Shown piece by piece: positions 49,601 through 63,029 of a stretch of 64,000 nt of DNA. Where the stretch lies: assembly GCA_964016885.1 (NCBI GenBank), contig OZ024753.1, forward strand, positions 5,084,001 through 5,148,000, in the 5' to 3' direction. How positions within the stretch are numbered: position 1 is the stretch's first letter; every line of letters starts with the position of its first letter. Source of the stretch: Eledone cirrhosa (taxonomy: Eukaryota). Both the position numbers and the translations under genes were made by a program. Under the pieces are notes generated by a model that was not told where the DNA came from, searched no databases, and was given only the letters and a program-made list of their open reading frames with translations.

Positions 49601-52600
49601 ACACTTGAAAGCCGTTATGGACGCTATTTATGGTAAACACTAAATTTCACTATTTTCTCTGTACTTCCTTGTTTTAGCATCAAGTGAAGGTAAAGGAATT
49701 TTATAAATATTTCACTTCAATTACTAATAAATTTTAATTCTCATGAGCCAAGTATTGGACTTTTCCTAATTTGAAACTTCCAAATTTCAGTAAATGTTGT
49801 GAATGGTTTGAGACTATATCGAACGGAGAGGTCCATTTTAGTTTGCAGTGGCCAAAACAATCTCTCTGGTATTGGTGATACAATGGAATGGAGAGGTCCA
49901 TTTTAGTTTGCAGTGGACGAAACAATCTCTCTGCTATCCCTAACTCTCTCTTCAATACCATCTGTTGTTAAAAGACAGTTCTGGTGCCAGCCAATATTAC
50001 CAGAACTGACAAATGACCATCCACACTGGTCAGGTAAAAACCAAAACCAAACTAGAAATGTTAAATAAATATTTGTATTGTATCATGTTGTATTTTTTTT
50101 TTTGGTTTTCTTTAAACTTTTCTTGCTGATTTATGCTAAATATATTGAACTTTTCACAGAAATTACACGTAATAGAGCAATTAAGTTAGTGTCCAAGGCA
50201 TATTCTTCAATCAACATCGACACCTTTGCAGGTCTTGCTAATGTTACTGTTTCAGAAGTACCAGAAGGTAAGTTATATATTTCTGATTTAAGCCCAAGTC
50301 CAACAATTTAGGGGAGGGGTGGGGAAAGTCAATTAACTCAACCTCAGTGTGTTACTGGTACTATTTTATTGACACCCCCAGAAGGATGAAAGGTAAAGCT
50401 GATAACAGGATAAACCAGTTTCTGTATATGTTGGGTTTAATTTTGTAGGTTACCACTTGGAAAGATGACTGTCAATTGAAAGCCAAACTTTCCAATGTGT
50501 TTGATTCTATTACAAGAGCAATATTTATGAAACCTCCCACAAAAAGACCCAAGCCTAATATTTGCTTCTATTACAAAAGCAATATTTACGAGACTTGTAG
50601 AGAAGTTAATATGTTGAGAGATGGTTGTGGGCTCTTTTTTGTGTTATATGGTTGTGTTTGTGAATATTTTCGTTTATATATATATGGTCAGGGTATTATA
50701 TAAGTTAAAACTGACTTATATCCACCCACAAAATGAGATTTTGGCTTGAGCTTAATATATTTTAATATTTCTCTGAGTGGATAATTAATTCATTAATATA
50801 TCTTGTCCTTTCATTTAGATGCTTACGTATTAGAGACAATTAAGATATCCCTCTCTATATATATTTATATATTTGTGCGTGTGTGTTGTGCTATAAAATA
50901 ATTCATTTCTCTAAATGTTCTATCACATGTTGGTTTAAAAATTATTTTGTAGGCATTCTCAATTCTTAACATTCTAGGTTTTGCAACATTACAGAAACGT
51001 ATTCTGACACAGTTACCTCCTCTCCGTTGCTCAGTAGTATTTCATGCCCTTTTGACATGTCAGCACTGGAGGCAGAAATACCATTTCGCTTAAGCTTAAT
51101 ATATTTTAATACTTCTCTGAGTGGATAATTAATTTATTAACATGACAATAATTATACAAAAGATAGTTTAGGTTGGTCAGGAGTCAACAGCTTCTTATGG
51201 CTGAGGAAACAACTTTGGTATCTACCATAACTACTTTCAAATGTTTGAGATCAATTATGTATCACACAGGATGAAAGGATTAGCTTAATATATGTAGATA
51301 TAATGTATTTGAAAAGATGGAGTGCGAGATGCAGGCTCCCTCCCCATTTGTGAGGTTAGCTTAACCCTTTAGCATTTAAACTGACCGTATCCAGCCACAA
51401 TTCTCTCACTTCTTTCTGTTCAAACCAGCTGTAACTGGCCCCTTATACTGATGTTAAGGTATTGTTCTCAAAATAAATATCAAAATCTCAGATTCGATAT
51501 TATGTGAGGTAAAGCCTTTATCATGAAAATATAATAGTAAATATAGAGTAATGTAAATGCTAAAGGGTTAATATATGTAGATATAATGTATTTGAAAAGA
51601 TGGAGTGTGAGATGCAGGCTCCCTCCCCATCTATGAGGTCAGTAGCCCCACTTGAGCACTGACTCAGTCAGTAAAGACATGTCCAACCCATGCTAGCAAA
51701 GAAAATGTATATTTGATGATGAGTTATATTCATTTCTTTAGAGTGAACAATGTCTCCTTTTTTAAAATTTTCAGTGACAAAAAAAGAAGGTTGGGAAACT
51801 GATGTAAAAAGCAAGATGGTGTTGCCAAAAAAACCAGGTAAAAAGATAAACTGTAATAATAAAAAGCGCAATTTATTAATGGGAAGACGTATAATCTTTT
51901 GACTCTCATGTAAATCTTTTTAAATTAAAGTCCAATATTCAATTTATCTATTATATAATTTTAAACAAGTTAATTATTTCTTTGTGGCCCGGTAGCAAAT
52001 GATCCACGGACCAGAACTGGTCCGCAGTCCGGTGGTTGGTTTAAACTATTAATTCTGCAGGCTTTTATTGTTAGGAACTATATAGATTTAGTGCAAAATA
52101 AGTTATTTCCGAATAATATCTTTATATTTTCTATGAAATATTTAATTGAATAGTTTTTATTTTACTCAACTTACCTCTCTATTTTGTAATTTCTGTTGTT
52201 CTGATAACTTTGATAGGTTTCAGCCAGTATTGGCCCTGGCCATGTCTAACTTAATAGCATCACAGATATGTTTCATTTAGTTCTGATTTCTAACTTTTGT
52301 ATAAATATTATCTTACTTTTCTTTTCTCTGACCTAGTAATTAGTGTTTTAAGGGCAGAAGCAGAGTTTAGTTTTGTGGACCCCTCATTGTCCTCCCTCTC
52401 ATTGGTTTCACTGATGAGTGTTCCAGTTGTTTGGTCAATGGTACAGCCTACTCGTGAAGTTATCTTTAAGTGACCAAGTATCCCACAGACATATGTACCC
52501 TTCATGCAATTCCCTGAGAGATTCAGCGTAACACTGTGACAGGAATTGCCCTTTGAATTACAGATTCATTCCATCCAATGAGCTTCCAAACAGTTCACTC

Positions 52601-53379
52601 TTAATTTCACTCACAAGGCTTGGGTCTACTTGAGGCTATGGTAAATGACATTTGCCCTAAGATCTTACATGGTGGGATCAAACCCAGGATTGTAAAGTGA
52701 ACTTCCTAACCATTTGGCCATGCTGCTGCCACTGGGTCCTCACAGCAAACTTCCGGCTGTAAAACATTACTTCATGGGGTCTTTTTTGAAGTAATGTTTT
52801 CCAACCAGATGCCCTTCTTTACTCCAAACCTTTTAATCACCTATTACAACAGATAGGGATACAATATATTTATTATAAACTGAATACCCCCTTTTTGTCA
52901 TCTCTTACAATAAACAGGGGTGCAATATACGTAATCTAAACTGAATACCCCCGCTTTAATAATCTCTTAAAACAAGCAGCAGTACAACATACTTCTTCTA
53001 AACTGGTTACCCCCTTTTAGTAACCCCTACAATAACATGGATACAATATACTTATTTTAAACTGAATACCCCCTTTTTAGTCACTCCTTACATTTAGAAT
53101 AAGTATATTGTACTCCTATTTGTTGTAAGGGATGTCTAAAAGGGTTGGAGCAAACAGACAAGGGTACAATATATTTTTAAACTGGTTACCCTCTTTTAAT
53201 AACCTCTTCCAACAGATAGGGGTATAATATACTTATTCTCAACTGAATACCCCGTTTAATTATATTTTCTCTATATGAAAGTTTCTGTTTTCTTTGCAGA
53301 CCTTCCTCCTGAGCCCTGTCTTCCTAATGAAGAACATCTCTCTATCTTGACTGACTATGTCTCATATTTAGAGAACTGA
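46694..53379 (+). CDS. COPS8: COP9 signalosome subunit 8, 186 aa
   Basis: Exons 46694-46753, 48084-48154, 48410-48458, 49503-49632, 50160-50267, 51775-51837, 53300-53379 (561 nt, phases consistent). Peptides QELESPCGIATPQLYTQLL, NAKFLWKRIP, VGQKMWQRDFPGIY, LVSKAYSSI, EGWETD..MVLPKKP, LTDYVSYLEN*. Confidence 0.96.
49115..49418 (-). mobile_element. Short Helitron-like element in a COPS8 intron
   Basis: Minus strand A|TCTACTAATATAATAGCC...GCACGGGACCAGCTAG; homologue at 47718-47945. Confidence 0.6.
51361..51571. mobile_element. TTAA-flanked (piggyBac-like) MITE
   Basis: TTAA-CCCTTTAGCATTTA ... TAAATGCTAAAGGG-TTAA. Copies at 33613-33790, 38121-38301 and 55385-56226 (split by a LINE). Confidence 0.8.
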
Positions 53380-54623
53380 CCATCATGGCATCTTTAACTA
53401 GCTGAAGGTAACTAATTAGAAATATTTTACTTTTTATTCATTTCTTCATACTATTGTCATTATTGTCCTCATCCACCTTCCATGTTGGCATACGTTGGAT
53501 GGTCTGACACTGGACAGGTTACAGAACTTCATCTTGTTTTTGTACATTCCTTTCTTGACATGGCTACTATAGCCGGATGCCCTTCCTAATGTCAACCACT
53601 TTACAGAGTGTACTGGGTGTATTTTCTGGTTCCTACACTGTCACTTACCAGAGTGTACTGGGTGCATTTTATTCTGGCTCCTACACTACCACTTTACAGA
53701 GTGTGCTGGGTCATTTTATCATGGCACCAGCCATACCACTTTACAGAGTATACTTTGTGCATTTTATTCTGGCACCTACACTGCCACTTTACAGAATGTA
53801 CTGTGCAAATTTTATTGTGGTTCCTATACTACAACTTTACAGAGTGTATTGGGTGCATTTTATCATTTTATCTCAACAAACACTACATGGTCTTAATTTA
53901 GTTGCTGTCACTCTGCAGAGTGTACTAGTGGGTTTGCTGGTGCTCCTTTTTTAAAATTTAATTCTAATGCGGCAAATTTTAAGTTTAATAATTTTTCATT
54001 CACTAAATTTTGAATTAACAAAATTAATATTATTTATTACATGTTCCAGTTGATTTTCTACCCAAATCTTTGTCATCAATAACAGATGAACTACAACTTT
54101 TAAGTATTTATGTATTTTTCACCCCATGTCAACATAGAAAAGTAGATGTTAAAACTGATGGTATATAGTGGTTTATCATTTATCACAGATAAGACACCCA
54201 GTCCACTTTGTAGAGTGGTCATTTTAGTGTCACAATGTAAAACACCCAGTCTACCCTGTAAAGTGTTCATTTTGGTGTCACAATATAAAACATCCAGTCC
54301 ACCCTGGCGTTAGAAAGGGCAACCATCTGTTAAAACGGTTCTGTGTGAGCAAGACAGTCATCTGATCTGACTTTTCTCACAACAGGACAACTCATCTAAC
54401 CCATGCTAGCATGGAAAAATGGTAATGATGATGATGTCACCCATACATCATTTTTATGTTTTAATCACATTTAAGTTGTTGATTACCTGAGATGTTTTTG
54501 TTCGAGAACTGATTTGTTTGTGATGAGAGGCATTCATGAACTGAGGTCCCACTGTAGTTTTAATTCTAATTTATTGACAGATATTGTATTCTAATTTGTA
54601 ATGTATTTTTCATCTCATTTCAG

Positions 54624-54975
54624 GCAGTCATCTGGCCATACGTTGTTCTAGATTGACTTACGTTGGCAATGAAAACATCCATGATGTTTATCTGCTCAGT
54701 TTTATAAGATTGAGCATTGATACACAACACGCAACTAAGAAGTTGAAGGTTGACAGTAACAAGACACAGCTATATAATTACATTTATTTTAGTTTGCTTG
54801 TTACTTTATTACTTAATTAAAACTCCATTGCTTGCTTGTGTGTAATGCTCACTGCCAACTCCACTGAAAGGAAACAACCTGTCTATTTTCATCGTTTATT
54901 ACTGTACATATATGGATTTGTCCGTAAACCTCTAAAAATGTTTTATTAAACAATAAAAGTAAAACTACCTTGATA
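54624..54975 (+). other. Probable non-coding terminal (3'UTR) exon of COPS8
   Basis: Donor AAG/GTAACT at 53408, 28 nt after the stop. Polypyrimidine acceptor TTTCAG at 54623. AATAAA at 54952-54957 followed by a U/GU-rich tract. Confidence 0.6.
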
Positions 54976-55564
54976 TTTTTTGTGTTTTTTTTTTATATAC
55001 TTTGTATTTATAGTAAATTAGAATTTATATTACAATAATAAATTAGAAATTATATTATAATAAATTAGAAATTATAATATAATAATATATAATACTATAC
55101 TAAATTAGGAATTATAATACTGTAATGAATTAGAATTAATTATAAATCTATGAACTTCACTAGGGAGATGACAATATTATGATAGATGTATAACATCATT
55201 TTACTTCCATTCTTCAAATGATCACATCTTGCTCTCAAGCACTACTTGTAACATGATGTAACTTAACGATCTGACAAAAAAGAAAAAGGCTAATAAAAAT
55301 GTATTGTAGTCGATATGGTTGACTAAATCAAGGCAGTACTACAGCTTGGCTGCAATCTGATGACTGAAATGAATAAAAGAATATTTAACCTTTAGCATTT
55401 AAACCAGTCATATCCAGCCAAAATTCTCTCACCTCTTTCTGTTCAAACTGGCTGTAACTGGCCACTCATACTGATATTGAGGTATTTTTCTCAAATTAAA
55501 TAATATCAAAATCTCATAGATTCAATATTATGTGAGTTATAACATTTACCATGAAAATACAGTA

Positions 55565-56195
55565 GAAGTTGCATTGATAGACACATTTTTCAAATGCAGG
55601 TGGGTTCTATAGAAGTGGTTGATAGCTTCCGGTACCTAGGTGATCAGATTAGCATGGGAGGGGGGTGTTCCGAGGCCATAGTATCTAGAATACGGACGGG
55701 TTGGAAGAAGTGTAGGGAGCTGCTTCCTCTGCTGACGAAGAAGGGTTTTTCCCTGCGTACGGAAGGCCGGTTATATGATGCCTGTGTGAGGTGCGCAATG
55801 CTGCATGGTAGTGAGACATGGGCAGCAACTGCAGAGGATATGCGACAGCTGGAGAGAAATGAGGCAAGCATGCTCCGTTGCATGTGCAATGTCAATGTGT
55901 GAACGACCAAGCATGGATGTGTTTAAGAGGGATAAGTTGTAGTGTGCGGGAGAGAAGACTGCAATGGTATGGCCATGTGATGCGCATGGAGGATGACCGT
56001 TGGGTAAAGAAGTGCCAAAAAATGCCAGTTGAAGGAAGACCACAAAAAACATGGGCGGAGGTGGTGAGAGCAGACCTCAGATCCCTGAAGCTCACAGTGG
56101 AGATGACGAAGGACCGTGACAAGTGGAGAGATTCTGTGCTGAACAGGACCCGTCCCACCCTTGCAAGCAGGGAAAAGCGGATGTTAAATGATGAT
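55565..56195 (+). mobile_element. RTE-like LINE 3' fragment inserted into a TTAA MITE
   Basis: VDSFRYLGD..RIRTGWKK..MLHGSETW..LQWYGHVMR..GRPQKTW, ending in the GGAAAAGCGGATGTTAAATGATGAT tail. Confidence 0.85.
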
Positions 56196-56755
56196 ATATA
56201 GAGTAATGTAAATACTAAAGGGTTAAAAAAAAGTCCTCATGTTGAAATTAAAATTAAAACGTCTTTCCTAACATGATTCAGCAGCAACCTTTGGATTATT
56301 GCCTGTCCTTGAATCTCGGCAAAGATTTCTTCAAACGGTTCTCCAATCATATTTTTAAACTCTGTGTCTTGGCATTCTTCCATCTAGAATTTTCCTACAG
56401 TACAATTCTTAAGTAATGTTGCTGTCATTCGTTTTGATTCTCTGACCATTCAACCATGAAATGAATCTTCAGCACCAGTAATTCAATGCTTTCGTAGACC
56501 TATTGTTTCAAATAGAAGATAGGGTTCCAACATTTAATATTATTTTGGTCATGTAATACTGGTGGAAAGGTTCCAGGCTTCTTAGATTAAATATATGTAT
56601 GTATGTATGTATATATATATATATATATGTGAGTGTGCATATATGTCTGTGTGTGTATGTATATATGCAATTATGTATGCATACGTTTTCCTTGGCATGG
56701 TGCCAGTCTGACATTGCTGCATATAAACACATTCACACACACACGTGTATGTATG

Positions 56756-56791
<36 letters not shown>

Positions 56792-57164
56792 CCCAGCACA
56801 CACTGTAAATGTGGTTGGTGTTAGGAAGGACAGCCAGCCGTAGAAACCAAGCCAAATCAGTTTTGTGTGAACGAGTCATGGCCTCCTGACCTGATCCCTC
56901 ACAAAGGACAGCCTGTCCTAGCCATGTTAGAGTGGATGATGGACATTAAACAATGATGCTGTTATATATATATACTCAAAGGTGAGAGGTATATATATTT
57001 AGTGTATGGTTTGGTGTAAAGAAGGACATTTAACTAGAAAAACTGCCTCAAAAATATCTTGTCCAGCCCATGCCAACATGGCAAAGTGAAGATGATGATG
57101 ATGATGTAAATATAAGGAAGGAATGTGTGTGTCCCCTTCATTAATGGTTGACCAAGGGTTACCT

Positions 57165-57365
57165 CTGATAGACTGACCATGGGTTATATACATCTGATAG
57201 ACTGACCATGAGCTATACACCTAAGATAGACTGATCATGGGTATATATATACCTCTGATAGACTGACCATGGGCTATACACCTAAGATAGACTGATCATG
57301 GGTTATATACTTCTGATAGACTGACCATGGGTTATATACCTAAGATAGACTGATCATGGGTTATA
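57165..57365. repeat. Minisatellite, unit about 30 bp (GATAGACTGACCATGGG)
   Basis: About 7 tandem copies. Confidence 0.85.
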
Positions 57366-58049
57366 GACCCATGATTTCCAATCTGAGTAGGCTGGTGATA
57401 CATGAAATGAAGAGTCTTGCCCAAGGAGACAATGTTTTGAATTCAACTCATGATCCCAGTACTCTAAACACTAAGCCAAACACACACACACCTAAAATGC
57501 ACCCAGTACACTCTGTAAAGTACTTGGTGATTAATCAGAAGTAATAGGGTAGAGAAGACTCACCAGTCTGACTAAGCATATGGCAACCTTTCTAGTGCTG
57601 GTGCAACAATAAAATGCACCCAGTACATACTGTAAAATGATAGTGCTGGTAACATGATGAAATGCACCCTGTGCACTCTGTAAAATGATAGTGCTGGTAC
57701 CATGATAAAATGTACCCAGTACACTCTGTAAAATGGTTGACATTAGGAATGGCATCCAGTCAAAGAAAACATACCAGAATATGGAGTATATAGTTGAGAT
57801 GAGGTCTTGCTGTCCAATCTAGTCTTAGACTGTAACTCATCCATCTCATTCCAGTAAGGAAAAACATGGTGATGAACATGATATATGTGTGTTTGTGCTG
57901 ATTAATATACATGTTATATATAGCTCTATATATGTTTAAATCCTAATCCTTGAGAACTAATGCTTAGCACCAGTCTCACAGTATGTAGTAAATGAGAGGT
58001 TAATATCCACAGGATTAAAAACTTGTCAATCACAAATACATTAGAGACT

Positions 58050-58470
58050 TCCACTACATATTTCTGACAACCAGTCTAACTGTGGCACATATTTCTGACA
58101 ACAGATGAACTGTGGTACATGTTTCTGACAACAGATAAATTGTAGTACATATTTCTGGCAACCAGATCAACTGTGGTACATATTTCTGACAATAGATAAA
58201 CTGTGGTACATATTTCTGACCATAGATAAACTATGGTACATATTTCTGACAACAGTTGAACTCTGACAACCAGATGTGCTACATATTTCTGTCAACCAGA
58301 TGTGGAGCATATTTCTGTCAACCAGATGTGGGACATATTTCTGACAACAGATGAACTGAGGTACATATTTCTGTCAACCAGATGTGGTGCATATTTCTGA
58401 CAACCAGATGTGGAACATATTTCTGGCACCCAGATGTGGTACATATTTCTAACAACAGATGAACTGTGGG
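58050..58470. repeat. Minisatellite (ACATATTTCTGACAACCAGATG)
   Basis: About 15 units of 26-31 nt. Confidence 0.85.
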
Positions 58471-58589
58471 GAAATGCTTAACTCAGAAACATAAAAGACT
58501 AGGGCTGATTTATCTTCACATTTTCCATTTATTTTGCTGATTGTGGCAAACCCTGCATTGACCAGTAGATGAAAAAAATTACCTGTCCT

Positions 58590-58877
58590 TCCCAGCTAAA
58601 GGAAATGCTTAAACAGACTAAGATCTGGGGTTGGATGTGCAAAAATCACTCTTGCAAAATGGGGATATTTAAAAGATGGGAACATTGTGTGTGACTGCGG
58701 CATCGAACCACAGACTACGCAGCACCTCCTGATATGCCCCCTGCTGGAACACCCATGCACAGCATTGGACTTGGCAGAGTTTAATGACGAAAGACAGCAA
58801 TGTGTTCAACTGTGGTGGAACCACATCTAGCCAAACTTTGTAGCTGACACTCTTGTGAACATGACAAGAAGAAGAAG
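58590..58877 (+). mobile_element. Non-LTR retrotransposon 3' end with zinc knuckle (Vingi/Ingi-like)
   Basis: LNRLRSGVG..LAKWGY..CDCGIEPQTTQHLLICP.. stop, then an (AAG)n tail. Confidence 0.7.
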
Positions 58878-59464
58878 CTAATGGAAGACATTGGGGTGAT
58901 CTTCACGATAGATTCAGCTGATATCTGAATCCATTTAACACATAGCAAGAGGTGTTTGACATAAACCCAGAAGTCAGCAATACTTGAACACTCAATGAGT
59001 GTATTCAGGATGGTTTCATTGCCTAGCGTATATCTAGGATATGCCCAGCTGATGATACTTCTATGCTTGTAGTGTTTATCTCAAACTGGCAATGCTCCCT
59101 GGTAGAGAGAGGCAAGAATAGCCCGTGTGAATGAGCCTGCCCTGTAGTATTGTAGGAAGAAAACTGGAAGAGGGCACTTGACCTAGCAGTCACGGCTTTT
59201 TCGTGGACTTTCTCCATGAGTGACCCTTGAAAGTCTTCTCAACCCCTTTGGGGGTCTTTCCTTGTTTCATTTTTTTTTCTTTGTTACATCCTTTGTTTTT
59301 GTTTTTTATATATATTATTTTGTTTTTTTATATATATTACATGCAGAAATGCCCATTTGTACCGTCCTGTACCATCCTTAATGTTATACTTTATGTCAAC
59401 CCTTGTGGTTAATAAAAACATTTTTATTATTATTATTATTATTATTAATATTATTATTAATAGC

Positions 59465-59496
<32 letters not shown>

Positions 59497-60739
59497 CAGT
59501 AGTAGTAGCAGTAGCAACAGCAACAACAACAGCAGTAACAGTAACAGCAATATATCAACAATTCCCATTTGGGAAAGCAAAGTATTTTGGTTTACTTCTA
59601 CATACACAAGTTGTCTTAGTTTTAGACCAATTGGCTCTGACAACATTTTGGTAATCAATCTAAACTCTTACTTCTTATATCTCTCTCTTTTCTCTCTCTT
59701 TTCTCTCTCTTTCCTCTTATTCCTCTCTCTTTCTTCTCATTCCTCGCTCTTTCCTCTCATTCCTCTCTTTTCAGCTCTCATTCCTTAGCTAATAAATCAA
59801 CAACTTTTGCTACATTTCACTCTCTTCGAATAGAAGTATTAATACTTCTCTCTAACACACTTGTATATATATATATATACATATTTTCATTTATGTATGT
59901 ATGCATATATATATAGAGAGAGAGACATACTTTTATTTATGTATGTATGCATATATATATATAGAGAGAGACATACTTTTATTTATGTATGTATGCATAT
60001 ATATATCTATAACGTATATATATATATTTGTGTGTGTGTGAGGTGTAAGTGCATATGTGTGCATAAATATACAAGGATAAACACAAACACACAGACATAC
60101 ATAGAAACACATACAAACTCACACACATGTTTTAAATGAAATTTAATTTTTAATTGAAAATAAAGAATTTGGTGAGATTTAGTGAAGTAATTAATTTTTC
60201 CGTTATTAAGCTGGAGTTTTAAACATAACTTAGAAGGTTATTATATAAAATTATGATGTAAGCTTTTATTTTCAAACTACCATAGTACCCATAAAAAATA
60301 ATGGGGTTTATTTCTGTCTCCTTTCAATAATTCTTAATGTATAGGCTTCAAACCTTATTTCATTTTCTTGTGTTTAATTTTGTCCTGCTTTAGTTATTTT
60401 CTTTGTTTTTACCCCAACTCATTATCTTTCATTATTCCCTCTGATAAAGGGCAGGGGAGCGACAGAGTCATTGAGGTGTTGGACAAATGATTAACAATAT
60501 TTGTCCTGGCTCTTTACATTCTCAGTTTAAATCCTGTCAAGGGCAACTTTGTCTTTTATTCATGAAAATGATGATGATGATCATCATCATTGTTGTCATT
60601 TTTATGTCGACTTTTCTATACTAGCATGGGTTGGACAGGACATTTTGAGACAGTGTTTTACAGTCACATGTTCTTCTGGACACCAATCCTTTTACTCAGT
60701 TCTTACAACATGCAATGGTATGGGAGATAAATGGTAAAC

Positions 60740-60997
60740 CATTGGTATGGTGGATGACCATTTAAAGCAATGGTTAGCCAGAGGTATGGTGGACAACCAT
60801 TTAAAACAATGGTGAGCTAGTAGTATGGTGGACAATCATTTAAACCAATGGTTAGCCAGAGTTATGGTGGACAACCATTTAAACCAATGGCTAGCCAGAG
60901 GTATGGTGGACAACCATTTAAACTAATGGTTAGCCAGAGTTATAGTGTACAACCATTTAAACCAATGGTGAGCTAGTGGTATGGTGGACAACCATTT
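60740..60997. repeat. 39-bp tandem repeat
   Basis: TATGGTGGACAACCATTTAAACCAATGG.. about 6.5 copies. Confidence 0.9.
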
Positions 60998-61827
60998 TCT
61001 ATGTGAACATCTATGATTAAACAGATGTATTATATTAAAGTTGTTAAAACTCTACACCATCAACCAATTCTAGCTGAGTTGAGATGATTTTGAAGACAGT
61101 TCATCGACATCTTGGGAAGTTGATGATGATAATGATGATGATGATGATGATGATTATGTTGATGATGATGTTGATGATTATCATGATCATGGTGTTGATG
61201 ATTATGGTGATGATCATCCTCATGATGATGATGATGATGATTGAAAATGAAGATGGATTTGATGATCATGGTGATGATAATGATGAAAGTGATAGAGATG
61301 ATTATTATGATTATTATGATGATGATGATGATGGAGATGATGTCGATGTTGGAGATGATGATGATGATGATGATAGTGGAGATGACGATGATGATCATAG
61401 TGATTATGATGAAAGTGTTAGAGATGATTATGATGATGATGGAGATGGTGATGATGATGATGATGATGAGGATGATGATGTTGGAGATGATAATGATCAT
61501 CATAATGATGATGATGATGATGAATTTGATGTTCTTTATAACTTCCTCTAATCCTCTAATATTTTCAGGTGTTTTTTCTAAATTTAAACTCCAAACAAGA
61601 AGATATATTTAGTAATAATGTTGATGTTATATATGTTTAACTTTTACAAGCTGTCTAAATGATGGAAGAGTTTATTTGAACTCACTTCACCTAGCTGTCA
61701 CACTATCATTGTATATTAGCTGATTGGTTTACTGAATGGTGTTTAGTTGAATCTACAAATTCAGCTTCTATGTCTAGAACTAATTATATGCATGCATATC
61801 ATATGCGAATGTGTGTGCATATGTACG

Positions 61828-62050
61828 TCATCATCATCATCATTTTTATGTCAGTTTTTCCATGCTTGCATGGATTGGATGGGTCCTTCTCAGCAGGGCA
61901 TTTCTCCACTTGTTGCATTCCGTCATCATCTCCTCTGTGAGTCTCAGCAATTTCAGGTCAGCTCTCACAACCTCTGTCCAGGTCTTTCTTAGTCTGCCTC
62001 TACTGCAGCTTCCTTCCACTGGGATTTCCTGGCATTTCTTCACCCAGTGA
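61828..62050 (-). mobile_element. RTE-like LINE 3' end
   Basis: WVKKCQEIPVEGSCSRGRLRKTW with a (GAT)n tail; homologous to 56000-56195. Confidence 0.75.
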
Positions 62051-62249
62051 TCATACATTATATATATATATATATATATAAACATATGTATGTATATATG
62101 TATATCTAAACATATATATATATACATACATTCAAAAGAAATCATCAGGGCTTTCCTGATGATGTCTTTCGAATGAAACAGTTCTCATCCTGTAGAAGCC
62201 GTCTCTGTCTCTCTCTATATATATTAGAATTGGTGCTCTGAAATAGCGA

Positions 62250-62562
62250 TATATATATGAATGTATATATAGTGTATTTTAGAATGCACTGTATGCTTAA
62301 TTAAAAGCATTTTGAAGACCTTACACTATTGTTTTAAAGTAGTGACTATGTCACTTACTTCTATTTTCAGCAAACAAGGGGAGATAAGCTGACAGAGCTC
62401 TGTTTCGTACTGTTGGTACTTATCAAAGCCTAGCACTTCCCTTGTTTGCTGAAAATAGAAGTAAGTGACATAGTCACTACTTTAAAACAATAGAGTAAGG
62501 TCTTCAAAATGCTTTTAATTAAGCATACAGTGTATTGCAAAATACACTATATATACATTCAT

Positions 62563-62568
<6 letters not shown>
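62250..62568. mobile_element. Foldback element with a single hammerhead in the loop (family I)
   Basis: About 130-bp inverted arms (62250-62382 / 62437-62568) with few mismatches; TA flanks. Confidence 0.7.
62385..62432 (-). ncRNA. Type I hammerhead ribozyme, U3-A8 core variant
   Basis: TAGGCT-TTGATAA-GTAC-CAACA-GTAC-GAAA-CAGAGCTCTG-TC-AGCTTA: 6-bp stem I, 4-bp stem II, palindromic stem III, GUC cleavage triplet. Confidence 0.8.
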
Positions 62569-62601
<33 letters not shown>

Positions 62602-62605
<4 letters not shown>

Positions 62606-63029
62606 AGGTGAGTTTTATTGTAGTACAATAAAGCAATGCAGATATCGGATAAGAAGCACTCTACAGTTTGTAGGACTGGAGTATACATAATATAAGATCA
62701 AAAGATGGTTAAAGGAGTTCCATGTATTTTATTATGCGCATTTCAAAAACAAACATCATCATGCAATAATATTTGTGTTTTCATCAGATAAAACAGGAGA
62801 ACATGATATGAAGGCTAAAAAACACTTGTGGATAGTGCAGTTTTAAATCAACATATCGTTGATTTAAAACTGTTGATTTAAAACTGCACTATCCACAAGT
62901 GTTTTTTAGCCTTCATATCATGTTCTCCTGTTTTATCTGATGAAAACACAAATATTATTGCATGATGATGTTTGTTTTTGAAATGCGCATAATAAAATAC
63001 ATGGAACTCCTTTAACCATCTTTTGATCT

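Noticed and set aside
61060-61612. Asp/His/Met-rich ORFs as a gene
   Set aside because: Degenerate (GAT)n tract; the short complex flank cannot be assigned to a gene.
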